Below are positions 1-11,579 of a stretch of DNA of 64,000 bases, in pieces. Under the pieces are notes generated by a model. The model had not been told where the DNA came from and made no database searches. It worked only from the letters and a program-made list of their open reading frames with translations. A program made the position numbers and the translations under genes. How positions within the stretch are numbered: position 1 is the stretch's first letter; the number at the start of each line of letters is the position of its first letter. Origin of the DNA: Anaeromyxobacter sp. (GTDB lineage: Bacteria > Myxococcota > Myxococcia > Myxococcales > Anaeromyxobacteraceae); contig JASGJN010000019.1 in assembly GCA_049840735.1 (NCBI GenBank), positions 18,169 through 82,168 on the forward strand, given 5' to 3'.

Positions 1-1169
1 CTCGCGCGAATGGTGCGCAACGTCGACCGCGCTGAAGATTTCGCGCAAGAAGCGTTGCTCGCCGCGTTGGAGAAATGGCCGTCGACGGGAATCCCCGAAA
101 ACCCCGGTGCGTGGTTGATGACGACCGCAAAGAACCGCGCGTTCGATGATTCACGGCGGCGCACGTTGACCGACGCGAAGCATGAGGAGTTGCAACACCA
201 GCCTCCCGCGATCATCGGAGATGAACGACGAGGCGATCGGCGATGACGTGCTGCGCTTGATGTTGGTCGCTTGTCACCCGGTGCTCTCGCGTGAATCGCG
301 TGTAGCGCTGACGCTGCGGCTGGTTGCCGGTTTGTCGACGGTCGAAATCGCGCGCGCGTTTCTCAGCACCGAAGTGACGATGGCCCAGCGGTTGGTGCGC
401 GCGAAGCGAACGATTGCCGAAGCGCGTGTGCCCTTCGAAGTGCCGGAAGGCGATGCGCTGCATGCGCGAATTCCTCCGGTGCTCGAGGTCATCTACCTGG
501 TGTTCAACGAGGGTTACTCGGCGACTGCGGGCGATGACTGGCTGCGGCCGGAATTGTGTGACGAAGCGTTACGGCTCGGGCGTGTGCTCGCCGGACTGCT
601 ACCGAATGAACCTGAAGTGCATGGGCTGCTCGCGCTGATGGAACTGCAGTCGTCGCGCTTCAACGCGCGCGTCGATGCCAACGGTGAACCGGTGCTGCTG
701 ATGGATCAGGAGCGCGGGCGCTGGAATCGGCTCTCGATTTCACGCGGGCTGGCGGCGCTTTCGCGCGCGGAGTCGATGAAGCAGCCGTTGGGCCCGTACA
801 CGTTGCAGGCGGCGATCGCGGCGTGTCATGCGCGTGCGAACGTGGCGGCCACACCGATTGGCAGCGCATCGTCGCGCTATACGACGCGCTCGTTGAACTG
901 ACGCAGTCTCCGGTGGTCGAGTCAATCGAGCGGTCGCGGTGTCGATGGCGTTCGGCGCCGCCGAGGCGCTGCCGTTGCTCGATGAACTCGACGAAGTGCT
1001 CAGCGAGTACCACCTGCTGCCGGCAGTGCGCGGTGACCTGCTTCTGAAACTCGGGAAACGTGAAGACGCGCGGCGAGAGTTTCAGCGAGCCGCGGCGATG
1101 GCGACCAACGCACGCGAGAAGTCGTTGTTGATGACGCGCGCCGAGAGCTGTGCGGCGCTCAACGCCTAG
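1..1169 (+). CDS. ECF-type sigma-70 factor with long helical C-terminal extension; 5' partial, frame broken about 3 times
   Basis: The frame is open from nt 1. ORF pieces 10-246, 182-901, 823-1047 and 939-1169 together read as region 2 (AWLMTTAKNRAFD), a region 4 HTH (LSTVEIARAFLSTEVTMAQRLVRAKRTI) and a helical tail (YTLQAAIAACHA, HLLPAVRGDLLLKLG). Frame changes lie near ~210, ~845 and ~930. Confidence 0.7.
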
Positions 1170-1979
1170 TCACCGCGGGTAGATCCTGCCTTCGACGAGT
1201 GCGCCCGACGCGAACTCGCCGCGCCAACGCAGATCGAGATGCACGTTCCACTCGCCGGCGTCGGCAGCGCCTTGGTTGACGCTGTCGACTCTGAAGTTCG
1301 TCCACTCGCCGACGCGCGCGAACACTTCAGGAGGAATGGTGAGTTCTCCGTCGCTCGCTGGCGCGCGGCACTGCGCATCGCCGACCTGGGCAATCACCTC
1401 GTGCCTCCCTCCTGTCCAACGAACGACGAGCGGCGAACCGCGGGTCGCTTCGAAGCCACCGTCTGCAAGCGCCAGCGGCTCGAGCACCGTGATGGGGTCA
1501 GGGCCCACAACGGAGCTGCTCCACGCGGGCACGCCACCATCGACGTCGCTGGCCACGAAGAGCACCGATTCTCCGGTGCTCCACATCGGCTCGCCACTGG
1601 TGGTGAGCGCGAACAACGTGCCGCCATCTGGCCCGTCGAACGGCGGCAGCAGCCGGAAGTACGACGACGGCGACGACACCACGACTTCACTCGCACGCGG
1701 GTACGGGCCGATGGGCTCGAGGAGCTGGCAGGTGACCATCTCGCATGGCCCGAACATCGACCGCGCGCAGACGCGACTCATCTCGGGCCCGTAACTGAGA
1801 AAGCCCGACGTTGCGTGCCCTGGAACGCCGTTGGTGATGACCCACGGGCCGGTTTCCAGCCGCGCTCTCCCGGTGTGCCCGACGTACTCAGCGACCTGCG
1901 TTTGCTCGAGCCCGTCGAACAACACCACAGCCGGGTCGACACAACCTGACAACACCAACGCCCAGATCGCCGCGCGCAT
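1170..1979 (-). CDS. hypothetical lipoprotein
   Basis: Intact 269-aa ORF. The N-terminus MRAAIWALVLSGC has a lipobox-like LSGC. I recognised no family. Confidence 0.55.
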   Translation of the reverse strand: MRAAIWALVLSGCVDPAVVLFDGLEQTQVAEYVGHTGRARLETGPWVITNGVPGHATSGFLSYGPEMSRVCARSMFGPCEMVTCQLLEPIGPYPRASEVVVSSPSSYFRLLPPFDGPDGGTLFALTTSGEPMWSTGESVLFVASDVDGGVPAWSSSVVGPDPITVLEPLALADGGFEATRGSPLVVRWTGGRHEVIAQVGDAQCRAPASDGELTIPPEVFARVGEWTNFRVDSVNQGAADAGEWNVHLDLRWRGEFASGALVEGRIYPR

Positions 1980-1984
1980 GACGG

Positions 1985-2435
1985 CTACGTAGCATCAGCA
2001 CACCAGTCGAGCATCGCGCGCGGCTCTGCGCGTTCATCGACGGCAACGTTCAATGCCGTGAGCCGTTCGAGCAGCGCGTTCGTTTCATCGGCTGGAATCT
2101 TCGAAGGCCCGATGATGCGCCCGCAAGAAGAACGTGCGGCACCCGAACGGGCGCGCTTCGTACACACTGCAGCGTTTGCCGCTCGCATCGAGAAACGGGC
2201 ACGCACCATCTGCACGCGGCGGAGGCAGCGCGCGTTTCTCGCGCTTCAAATGCTCCATCAACACGCGCCATTCACTCGGCCAGAGGTACGGCTGCCGCTT
2301 CGTCACCGAGAGCTGACAACACTCACCCGACGCCGGGCACGAATGACGCACCCACGTCTCGGAGGCCTTTCGCAGCACCGCACGCGTCTCGGTCACCGCG
2401 CGCCGCCATGCGAGTTCGTCTTCAGCTACGGTCAC
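1985..2435 (-). CDS. YkgJ-family cysteine-cluster (zinc/iron-chelating) protein, apparent frameshift near 2125
   Basis: CPASGECCQ and GACPFLDASGKRCSVYEARPFGCRTFF motifs in ORF 2085-2435. The C-terminus continues in ORF 1985-2215 (GRIIGPSKIPADE...). Confidence 0.6.
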
Positions 2436-2465
2436 GCGCCCTCACTACCAAAGGAAGACCTTCGA

Positions 2466-3477
2466 ATGTTGCCGGCCCCTCCCGGAGCACAGTGCGCGAT
2501 TCACAACGGAAACCCCGCGTATGGCGTGTGCGGCCGCTGCGGCAACTTCATGTGCAATGAATGCTCGGTCGACGGCGCACAGGCGAACTGCCCGACGTGC
2601 CGCGAGAAAGAAGCGACGCCGGAATTTCCGTTCGACGAGAACGCGTCGTTCATCGAGCTTTTCAACCACGTGGTCGAACAATTCAAGCGCGACTCCGCGA
2701 TGCCGGTGATCGCCGCGGTCATCAGCTTCGGCATCGCGATGCTCGGCGGCGCGGTGTCGAACATCTTCATGCAGGGAATCCTCACGTCGGCGGGCGCTGA
2801 CGTGAACGACCCGAACATGCTGCGCGAACACCTGACGAAGTTCGCGGTCGCGTTCGGCATCGCCTACATCATCTCGCTGGTGATCCAGACGGCCGCGCAG
2901 TCTGTCGCGCTCGGCGTTGCTCTATCGGATGCTCATCGACATTCTGCATGGCCGCAAAGGCGACCTGTCGCAGATGTTCCGGCAGATCAAAGACGCGCCG
3001 AAGTACATCCTGTTGCAGCTCTCGCTGCTCGGTGTCGGGCTCGGGGTATCGCTCGTGGTGTTGGGCGGAGCAGCGATGCTCATCTTGCGAAGCGTCGGTT
3101 TCGACTGGTCGAACCCGTCGGCGACGCGGCCAGAAGCGTTCCTCACCACCATGCCGATCGCGACCTTCGCCATCGCGATGCTGCTGATCATCGCGTTCAC
3201 CATCGTGCTCCTGCCGGTGACCATCTTCGCGATCCCCGAACTGGTGGTCAGCGGCTGCACGCCGATGGAAGCGGTTCGCCGTTCGCTGCAGCTGGGTGAC
3301 GGTCAGCGCATCCGCATGTTCGGGTACGGCATCATCGCCTTCTTCATCATGCTGCTCGGCTTCTTCGCGTGTTGCGTGGGCGTGCTCGTCGCGTACCCGG
3401 TCGTCTACATGCTGTGGGGCGCGCTGTTCCTCTCGCTGCGCAAGAACGCCGGGTTCCCGAAGTCTGAACTCAAGTGA
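2466..3477 (+). CDS. zinc-ribbon N-terminus fused to a multi-pass membrane protein, apparent frameshift near 2915
   Basis: The sequence from ATG 2466 reads CAIHNGNPAYGVCGRCGNFMCNECS...CPTC. Several hydrophobic helices continue in ORF 2917-3477. Confidence 0.5.
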
Positions 3478-3478
3478 C

Positions 3479-4667
3479 TCAGAGCACGCGCAACACGAAG
3501 CACTTCAGGTAGCGCGTCTCACGGAGCGACAGGAGCACGGGGTGGTCCTTCCCGGCTCCGCGCTTTTCGATGATCTGCACGCGGCGCTTCGCATCGGCCG
3601 CGGCTGAATCGAGCATCTCTTCGAAGCGCTCTTCGTCGATGTGATGCGTGCAGCTCGCGGTGATGAGAATGCCACCCGGGTTGAGCAACTGCATCGCGCG
3701 GAGGTTGATCTCTTTGTACCCGCGCGCCGCTGCTTCGATGGCGCTCTTGTTCTTCGCGAACGACGGGGGATCCAACACGATGGTGTCGAACTTGCGGCCT
3801 TCGTCGAGCGTGTCGCGCAGGAAGTCGAACGCGTTCGCCGCGACCGCCTTCACGTTGGTGAGTGAATTGCGTTTCGCGTTCGCTTCGATGAGCGCGCACG
3901 CAGGCTCGGAGATCTCGACGGCAGTGACGTTCTTCGCCTTGAGCGCGAGCTGCAGCGCGAAACCGCCCGCGTAGCTGAAGCAATCGAGCGCTTCACCGAA
4001 CGCCCACTCGCTCGACATCACGTGATTGTCGCGCTGGTCGAGGAACGCGCCGGTCTTCTGGCCGGTGAGCAGATCGACATCGAGCGTGATGTGGCCTTCG
4101 CGATACGAGACGGGACCGTTGAGCGAACCGTGAAGAATGCCCTTCTCGGGTTCGAGGCCTTCGAGCTTGCGCACGTTTGCGTCGCTGCGATTCACGATCG
4201 CCTTCGGCTTGAACTGCGCGAGCAGCAGCCGCGTGATGGCTTCTTTGCGCTGCTCCGTCGCCTTGTGGAGGAACTGCACCGACAGGTAATCACCGAAACG
4301 ATCGACCACGAGGCCCGGGAGGAGATCTGCCTCGCCGTGCACCACGCGATACGCAGTCTCATCAGGTAACGCGCGCCGGCGAAGCGCATCAGCCGCCGCG
4401 AGACGCGACGCGAAGAACGCATCGTCGATGACCTCGTCGGTCCACGAGAGCCAGCGCAGAGAGAATCTCCGACTCGCGCGAGAAGAACGCCTGCCCGAGC
4501 AGCCAGCCCCGGCCATCTTCGACGCGCACGATTTCGCCGCCCACGAGGTCAGCGGGCTTCTTCTCGAGGTCGGCCTCGTAGATCGACGGGTGGCCGGCCT
4601 TCCAGCGATCGACGCCCTTCTTCGTGATGCGAATCGTCGGTTGAGTCACAACGTCGCAAAACCGCAT
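3479..4667 (-). CDS. rlmI: class I SAM-dependent rRNA m5C methyltransferase, RlmI-like (PUA plus MTase), apparent frameshift near 4465
   Basis: The N-terminal PUA-like part (IRITKKGVDRWKAGHPSIY) is in ORF 4389-5000. The MTase core (LDCFSYAGGFAL, IVLDPPSFAK, ASCTHH) is in ORF 3479-4516. Confidence 0.65.
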
Positions 4668-4745
4668 CGACGCGGGCCTGTCCAGTGTCATCGACGCCGT
4701 GTCGAAGTGATGGCACGCCGAAGTGCTGGCCCGTAACTTCCCCCC

Positions 4746-6280
4746 ATGACGCAAGCCGAGACGAATCCGCTCCGCGCGGGGTTGGTGAGCGAAAGAAAAC
4801 CGGGGCCTTGTGTGGTGGTGATCTTCGGCGCGTCCGGAGACCTCACGAAGCGCAAGCTGGTACCCGCGATCCTTCTCGCTGTTCGAAGAAGGCTCGTTGC
4901 CCGAGTCGTTCGCAGTGCTGGGTTTCGCGCGCAAGGAGCTCGATGACGCGAGCTTCCGCGCCGAAATGAAAGAAGGCTGCGAGAAGTTCGCGCGCCGCAA
5001 ACCGAACGCGGAGACGTGGGCGAAGTTCGAAAAGAAGCTCCACTACATGGAGGGCTCGTACGAAGACGCCGCGAGCTACCGCGCGTTGGACGAGCGTTTG
5101 AAGAAGCTCGACGGCGAGCACGGCACCGGCGGCAATCGCATCTTCTATCTCTCGACGCCGCCTTCGAACTTCGCGCCGGTGGTGAAGCAGCTCGGCGACG
5201 CGAAGCTGGTGTCGCCGGGTCAGCCGAAGCCGTTCCGCCGGGTGATCATCGAGAAGCCGTTCGGCGTTGACCTTGATTCAGCGAAAGCGCTCAACCGTGA
5301 AGTGCTCTCGGTGCTCGACGAGCAGTCGGTGTACCGAATCGATCACTACCTCGGCAAAGAGACGGTGCAGAACCTGATGGTGCTCCGTTTCGCGAACGGT
5401 CTGTTCGAACCGTTGTGGAGCAGCCGCTACGTCGACCACGTTCAAATCACCGGCGCAGAGAGCATCGGCATCGAAGGCCGCGGCGGTTACTTCGAACAGG
5501 CCGGCATTCTGCGCGACATGGTGCAGAACCATCTGTTCCAGGTGCTCGCGATCACCGCGATGGAGCCGCCGGTGTCGATGAGCGCTGACGATCTGCGCGA
5601 TGAAAAAGTGAAGGTGCTGAAGGCGCTGCGGCCAATCCGCCGATGGGCGCTTCGACGACTTCGTGGTGCGCGGGCAGTACTCGAAGGGTTCGGTCTCGGG
5701 CCGTCAGCAGATCGCGTATCGCGAAGAAAAAGGCGTCGACCCGAAGAGCAATCGCGAAACCTACGTCGCGCTGAAGCTGTTCATCGACAACTGGCGCTGG
5801 GCGGGCGTGCCTTTCTACCTGCGCTCCGGGAAGGCGATGCCGAAGAAGGTCACCGAGGTCGCGCTCGTGTTCCGCGAAGCGCCGATGCAGTTGTTCGGCC
5901 GCAGCGGCGGGCAGGGCCCGAACGTGCTCGCGATTCGCATTCAGCCTGACGAAGGCGTGTCGCTGCGTTTCGGCGCGAAGGTGCCGGGCAACACGATGGA
6001 CATTCAGCCGGTGAACATGGAGTTCCGCTACGGCACGTCGTTCGGTGTCGAACCGCCTGAAGCGTACGAACGCCTGCTGCTCGACTGCATGGTCGGCGGC
6101 GACCAGGCGCTGTTCACGCGCGGTGACGAAGTCGAAGCGTCGTGGAAGTTCATCTCGCGCATTCATCAGGCGTGGGAATCGGCAAACACGGAGATTGCGA
6201 AGTACGAGGCCGGCACCGGGGCCCGGAAGAAGCGCAACCGCATGCTCGCGCGCGATGGTCATCAGTGGAGGCACCCGTGA
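4746..6280 (+). CDS. zwf: glucose-6-phosphate dehydrogenase, two apparent frameshifts (~4870, ~5640)
   Basis: [13 protein letters not shown] (NADP site), RIDHYLGKE and [19 protein letters not shown] motifs are split over ORFs 4746-4946, 4897-5949 and 5663-6280. Confidence 0.85.
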
Positions 6281-7190
6281 CCGAAACCGCGGAGCGCTTC
6301 ACGCGACACGAAGCGATTGGCGTCGACGTCGCGGCCATCGAGCGCGAGCTGGCCGCGTTGTGGCGTGAAGCGGCGCACGGCACGACCGCGGTGATGCGCG
6401 CGTGCTCGTGGAATCTGGTGGTAATGACGACTCCGGAGCAGTCGGCGCGCGCGAAGACGCTCGCTGACGTGATGGTCGAGATCGTTCCGTCGCGCACGTT
6501 GATGATCAACGAGCAGAAGACCGGCGACGACCTTCACGCGTACGTGAGCGCGAACTGCCGGTTGCTCCCCGGCGGCGGGAAGATGCTGTGCACCGAGATA
6601 TCACCCTCGAAGCCGCGGGTACGGGTGCTGATGCACTGCCGTCGCTCGTTCGTGCGCTGCTGGTGCCCGACATTTCGACGGCCGTGCTGTGCGCGGGAAT
6701 TCCTCCTGAATGCCCGCTGATTTCTGAGCTGGTCACGCGTTCACGTCGCGTCATCGTCGATTCGCGCGGAGTCGATGTCGAAGGGTTCGAAGCGTTCGGC
6801 CGCCGCGTGATCGATCTCGCGTGGCTGCGCATCGCTCCGTGGCAGCAGGTGCTCATCGCAGCGTGGGATCAGGCGCGCTTCGACGGTGAAGTGAGCGTGC
6901 GTGTTCCCGCGGGTGATGCGAGTGAAGGCCGCTGGCTCGCGACGTGGCTCGGCACGCGTCTGAAGCGTGAGGTGCACGTCGAACACGGTGAAGCCGCCGT
7001 GCTCGTTGGCAAACGTGTCATCGCCCTGCCCTCCTTGCAGCTCGACGATCGCGCGCTCATCACCGCGGCCCTCGCGACCGGCGTGGTGAGTGATGCGTAC
7101 GCACTCGCGCGCGATACGTGGCGCACCTCGGGCCGGCGCGGCATCACCAGCAACTGGGCTGACTTCAAACAGCGCTTCATCGACGCGGCG
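6277..7190 (+). CDS. opcA: OpcA-like G6PDH assembly protein, apparent frameshift near 6596; 3' end lost in the compositional junction
   Basis: The GTG at 6277 overlaps the zwf stop (GTGA). The position directly after zwf and sequences such as ELAALWRE...RACSWNLVV fit OpcA. The gene continues in ORF 6588-7445. Confidence 0.55.
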
Positions 7191-7738
7191 CACACCGCCA
7201 TCACAAGGCGATGGGCGAGGTGCAGTCGAAGATCCCGACCGAGATCCTCCTCACCGAGCGCCGCGAGTACGAGCTCTCGGAGCAGGGGCTCATCGGTCTC
7301 ACCTACAAGAAGGACACGGATAGTGCGTGCTTCTTCTCCGCCAACTCGGCGCAGCGCCCCAAGACCTTCGCCAACACCGCGGAAGGCAAGGCAGCGGAGA
7401 CCAACTTCCGCCTGGGCACGCAGCTCCCGTACATGTTCATCATGACGCGCCTGGCACACTACGTGAAGGTGCTCCAGCGCGAGCAGCTGGGCAGCTGGAA
7501 GGAGCGCGGCCAGCTCGAGCGGGAGCTGAACGCGTGGATGAGTCAGTACGTCGCGGACATGGACGACCCGGCCCCCTCGGTCCGCTCCGCGCGGCCGCTG
7601 CGCCAGGCCGAGGTGAAGGTGGAAGATGTCCCGGGCCAGCCGGGCTGGTATCGTTGTAGCCTGAAAGTGCGCCCGCACTTCAAGTTCATGGGCGCGTCGT
7701 TCACGCTGTCACTGGTGGGCAAGCTCGACAAGGAATGA
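7163..7738 (+). pseudogene. tssC: TssC (VipB, T6SS sheath large subunit) C-terminal fragment only (~175 aa)
   Basis: GEVQSKIPTEILLTERREYELSEQGLIGL...LPYMFIMTRLAHYVKVLQREQLGSWKER...YRCSLKVRPHFKF matches only the last third of TssC. No N-terminal part lies upstream. Confidence 0.8.
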
Positions 7739-7814
7739 AGCGACGCCGCAGGGGCGGCGGACCGGCGCGAGGCTGCGACGGCAACTTTTCCGGACAGTGA
7801 AGTGAGGTGGCGCA

Positions 7815-8300
7815 ATGGCCGAGACAATTCACCTGACGCTGAAGATCAACGGCAACGCGATCAAGGGCGAGAGCACCCAGAACAGCATGGGGCGCGCCGA
7901 CACGATCGAGTGCATCTCCTACGAGCAGTCGGTCCACTCCGCGCGCGAGGCCGCGACCGGCATGGTCACCGGCCGCCGCCAGTTCAGCCCGCTCAAGATC
8001 GTGAAGCGCATCGACAAGAGCTCCCCGCTCCTGCTCAAGGCGCTGAGCCTGAACGAGAAGGTGGAGGGCGTCTTCAAGTTCTACCGCCCGAACCCCACCG
8101 GCGACGGCACCACCGAGATGTTCTACACGGCGGAGATCAAGGAGGGGAACATCGCCTCCGTGAAGCAGCTCGTCCCCACCACCATCCGGCCGGAGACCGC
8201 GGGCGAGCCGCCGCAGGAGGAGATCACGTTCGTGTTCAGGACCATCACCTGGACGTTCTCGAACGGCGGCGTCACCCACACCGACAGCTGGTCCGGGTAG
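7815..8300 (+). CDS. hcp: Hcp (TssD) T6SS tube protein
   Basis: 161-aa ORF with ...IKGES...IECISYEQSV...TGRRQFSPLKIVKRIDKSSPLLLKAL..., a typical Hcp pattern. A GAGGTGG RBS lies upstream. Confidence 0.9.
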   Translation: MAETIHLTLKINGNAIKGESTQNSMGRADTIECISYEQSVHSAREAATGMVTGRRQFSPLKIVKRIDKSSPLLLKALSLNEKVEGVFKFYRPNPTGDGTTEMFYTAEIKEGNIASVKQLVPTTIRPETAGEPPQEEITFVFRTITWTFSNGGVTHTDSWSG

Positions 8301-8386
8301 CGGCGCCTGCGGGGAGGCCCGCGACGCGCCGCGCGCGCGCCGCGGGTCCCTTCCCGCCGGGAGGTCACGTGCCAGGCCGCGGGCTC

Positions 8387-8749
8387 ATGGCCAAGCTGTC
8401 GGGGGCGGGCTCCACGGGGGACATCGAGTCCATCGTGAGCCACCTGCGCGCCCTGCTCAACACGCGGCAGGGGGCGGCGCCGTGCTCGCCCGGCTACGGC
8501 GTGATGGACCTGGCGGACGTGGTGCACGCCTTCCCCTCCGCCGGCCCGCAGCTGGCGCGGGCCATCCGCGCCACCATCCTGGAGTTCGAGCCGCGGCTCC
8601 GGAACGTCAACGTCCGCCACGTGTCGGACGAGCAGGGGCTGGTGCTGCGCTTCGAGATCAGCGGCCAGCTGGCGCAGAGCAAGACCGCCCGGACGCTCCG
8701 CTTCGCGACCACCGTCAGCCCGGGCGGGCGATTCGACGTGGCCGGGTGA
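8387..8749 (+). CDS. tssE: TssE (gp25-like baseplate protein)
   Basis: The ATG at 8387 sits within ORF 7802-8749. SIVSHLRALLNTRQG...GYGVMDL...ILEFEPRL is gp25/TssE-like. An alternative GTG lies at 8369. Confidence 0.85.
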   Translation: MAKLSGAGSTGDIESIVSHLRALLNTRQGAAPCSPGYGVMDLADVVHAFPSAGPQLARAIRATILEFEPRLRNVNVRHVSDEQGLVLRFEISGQLAQSKTARTLRFATTVSPGGRFDVAG

Positions 8750-8756
8750 GCGCGCG

Positions 8757-10504
8757 ATGTTCTCGAAGCACTACCAGTCCGAGCTGCAGTTCCTCCGCGC
8801 CATGGGCAAGGAGTTCGCCGCCGCCTATCCGTCGGCGGCTGGCCTGCTGGCCGATCGCGGCGGGGACCCCGACGTGGAGCGGCTGCTGGAGGGGTTCGCC
8901 TTCCTCTCCGCGCGCGTCCGCGAGCGGCTGGACGACGCCGTCCCCGAGCTGATCCACCACCTGGCGGAGGTGCTGGCGCCGCAGGTGATCCGCCCATCCC
9001 CGCCGCCACCGTGGTCGAGTTCCAGCCGCTGCCCGGCGCGCTGCGCGCCCGGCAGACGGTGCCGGCCGGCGCCGAGCTGGGCTCCGCGCCGGTGGACGGC
9101 GTGAGCTGCCGCTTCCGCACCACCGCGCCGCTCGACCTGGTGCCGGTGACGGTGCAGGACGCGGCCCTCGACCAGGCCATCGGCGCCTCGCCGGCGGTGC
9201 GGCTCTCGCTGCAGTGCCCGGCGGCGGCGCTGCCCACCGTGCTGCACGACGACGGGCTCCGCTTCTTCATCCAGGGCGACCTGCCGCTCGCCTCCACCGT
9301 GCTGCTCTGGCTGGCGCGCCACCTGGCCGACGTCCGGCTCCGGGCCCCCGCCTCCGGCAAGGTGATCTCGCTGGGCGCCCGCGCGGTGCACTTCCCGGGC
9401 TTCGGCCCGGAGCTGCCGCTCCTGCCCTGGCCGGCGCTGGCGCCGGCCGGCTACCGGCCGCTGCTGGAGTTCTTCGCGCTGCCGCAGAAGTTCCTCTTCT
9501 TCGACGTGCGCGGGCTGGGCGCCGCCCGGGCGGCCTTCGCCGAGGAGAAGCTGGAGCTGGTCCTCCAGTTCTCCCGCCCGCCCGAGCTGCCCGGCCGGAT
9601 CGGCCGCGACCTGTTCCGCGTGAACTGCGCCCCGGTGGTGAACCTGTTCTCGGCCACCGGCGATCCCATCCGCGTGACCGCGCCGGGCGAGGAGCACCTG
9701 CTCCGCGCGTCCGGCCTGGAGCCGCGCCAGGCCGAGGTCTACACCGTGGACGCCGTCACCGGCGCGCCGGACGCCGCCGGGCGCCGCCGCGAGTACCCGG
9801 CCTTCGCCAGCTTCGCCCACGGGCTGGCGCGCCCCGGCGCCGGCTACCACCGGGTCCGGCTGCAGCGGTCGGTGCTGGACGACGGGCTCGACACCTGGCT
9901 CACGGTGATGACGCCGCGCGACGGCGGCCCCGGCCCGGCGGAGGAGATCCTCTCCACCGAGCTGACCTGCACCAACCGGTCGCTGGCCGGCCGGCTGAAG
10001 CTGGGCGACGTGAACGTCTCCACCCAGACCTCGCCCACCGTGGCCCGGTTCAGGAACGTCCTCCCCGTCACCTACCCGGCGCGCCCGCCGCTGGGCGGGG
10101 ATCTCCAGTGGCGGCTGCTCTCGCACCTGGCCGCGAGCCGCGCCTCGCTGGGCCGGGTGGAGGTGCTCCGCACGGCGCTGGAGCTCTACAACTTCCCCGC
10201 GCTGGCCGACCAGAACGCCGGGCGCGCCAACCAGCTCCGGGTGGACGGCGTGCGCGAGGTGGAGGCCGTCCCCACCCACCGGCTGGTGCGCGGCGCCTCG
10301 GTCTCCGGGGTCCGCTTCCGGCTGGTGCTGGACGAGCAGCACTTCGCCGGCCCCGGCGACGCCTTCATGTTCGGCGGCGTGCTGGACGCCTTCCTGGGCG
10401 CCCACGCCCCCATGAACACCTTCGTCGAGCTCTCGGTCAGGCTCGAGCCCTCGCTGCGCGAGTACACCTGGGCGCCCCGCAGCGGGGCGAGGCCGCTGCT
10501 GTGA
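8757..10504 (+). CDS. tssF: TssF baseplate protein, apparent -1 frameshift at a C-run near 8995
   Basis: The N-terminus YQSELQFLRAMGKEFAAAYP...LLEGFAFLSARV is in ORF 8757-9104. The gene continues as IPAATVVEFQP... in ORF 9011-10504. The span length is not a multiple of 3. Confidence 0.85.
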
Positions 10505-11559
10505 GCGACGGGCTCCCGCCCGCCCCGGCCACCGCGCCCGGCCCCACGCCGGAGGAGCGCGAGCGCGCCGCGCGCGTCGAGGCCGCACGGCGGCAGGGCT
10601 TCGTGCCGCTGCTGCTCCTGCTGGACCGGCTCTCGCCCGGCGCGCTGGACGTGGGCGGCGAGGCCGCGCCCGAGGCGGAGCGGATCCGCTTCCGCCACGA
10701 TCCCTCGCTGGCCTTCGCCCCCAGCGACGTGGTGGCGGTGAAGGAGCGGTCCGGCCCGGAGGAGGCGCAGCCGCGCTGGGACATCACCACCACCTTCCTG
10801 GGCGTGACCGGCACCGTCTCGCCGCTGCCGCCCTACCTGGCCGAGGAGGTGGCGCAGGAGGATCCGGCGGAGCAGCGCAACCGCGCCTTCCTGGATCTCT
10901 TCCACCACCGCGCCATCTCCTTCCTGGCCCGCGGGCTGCTCGCCTACGACCCCGCGGCGGCCCACGGCGCCGGCTCGCACGACCCCTGGTCGGGGCGGCT
11001 GCTCTCCTGGCTCGGGCTGGACGGCCCGCTCGACGGCGAGGCCGCGGCCGAGCTGGGGCTCTCCGACGCCGCCGCCCGCGCCGTGCTGCTCCGCGCCTCG
11101 GCGCTGCTGGCCGAGCGCGCCCTGACCGCCGACGGCCTGGAAGCGCTCCTCAATGACGCCATGCGCGAGGAGCTGGGGCCGGAGGGGCGCATCACGGTGG
11201 AGCAGTTCGTGGGCGCGTGGCTGCCCATCCCGCCCGACGACCGGACCAGGCTGGGCCAGGTGGCCAGCGGGCTGGGCACCTCCATGGTGCTCGGCTCGCG
11301 CGTCTTCGACCGCAGCTGCAGAATCGACGTGGTGGTGGGGCCGCTCGATCGCGGCGGCTACCAGCACTTCGCGCTGGACCTGTCGGTGCAGGGGCGGCTG
11401 CGGGCGGTGATCGCCCACGTCACGCGCGGTGACGTCGCCTACGACCTCGTCCTGGTGCTGGCGCCCGACGCCGCGCCGCCGGCGCAGCTCGGCGCCGCCC
11501 GGCTCGGGCGCGACGCGTGGCTGGGCCGGCAGGCGGCCCTGGCGCGGGTCCGGGTCTGA
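10501..11559 (+). CDS. tssG: TssG baseplate protein
   Basis: The GTG at 10501 overlaps the tssF stop (GTGA). FVPLLLLLDRL...RIRFRHDPSLAF...LGVTGTVSPLPPYLAEE is TssG-like. Confidence 0.85.
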   Translation: MSDGLPPAPATAPGPTPEERERAARVEAARRQGFVPLLLLLDRLSPGALDVGGEAAPEAERIRFRHDPSLAFAPSDVVAVKERSGPEEAQPRWDITTTFLGVTGTVSPLPPYLAEEVAQEDPAEQRNRAFLDLFHHRAISFLARGLLAYDPAAAHGAGSHDPWSGRLLSWLGLDGPLDGEAAAELGLSDAAARAVLLRASALLAERALTADGLEALLNDAMREELGPEGRITVEQFVGAWLPIPPDDRTRLGQVASGLGTSMVLGSRVFDRSCRIDVVVGPLDRGGYQHFALDLSVQGRLRAVIAHVTRGDVAYDLVLVLAPDAAPPAQLGAARLGRDAWLGRQAALARVRV

Positions 11560-11579
11560 CCAGGCGGGAGCGTTCGCAC

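Noticed and set aside
7739-7814. Sigma-54 promoter upstream of hcp; I also looked upstream of clpV at 42163-42317.
   Set aside because: I searched by eye for TGGCAC-N5-TTGC. Only weak partial matches appear (ggcaacttttccgg, tggccagacccctcg), so no call was made.
9214-10500. Upstream 430 codons of the 781-aa ORF 9214-11559.
   Set aside because: This part overlaps tssF out of frame and reads as Arg/Pro/Gly/Ala-rich low complexity. Only the part from the GTG at 10501 (TssG) has family-like sequence.
8825-10588. 587-aa ORF on the minus strand.
   Set aside because: It lies antisense to the well-supported tssF gene. Its composition is Arg/Ala/Gly/Pro-rich with no recognisable motif. This is a typical shadow ORF of a very GC-rich coding region.
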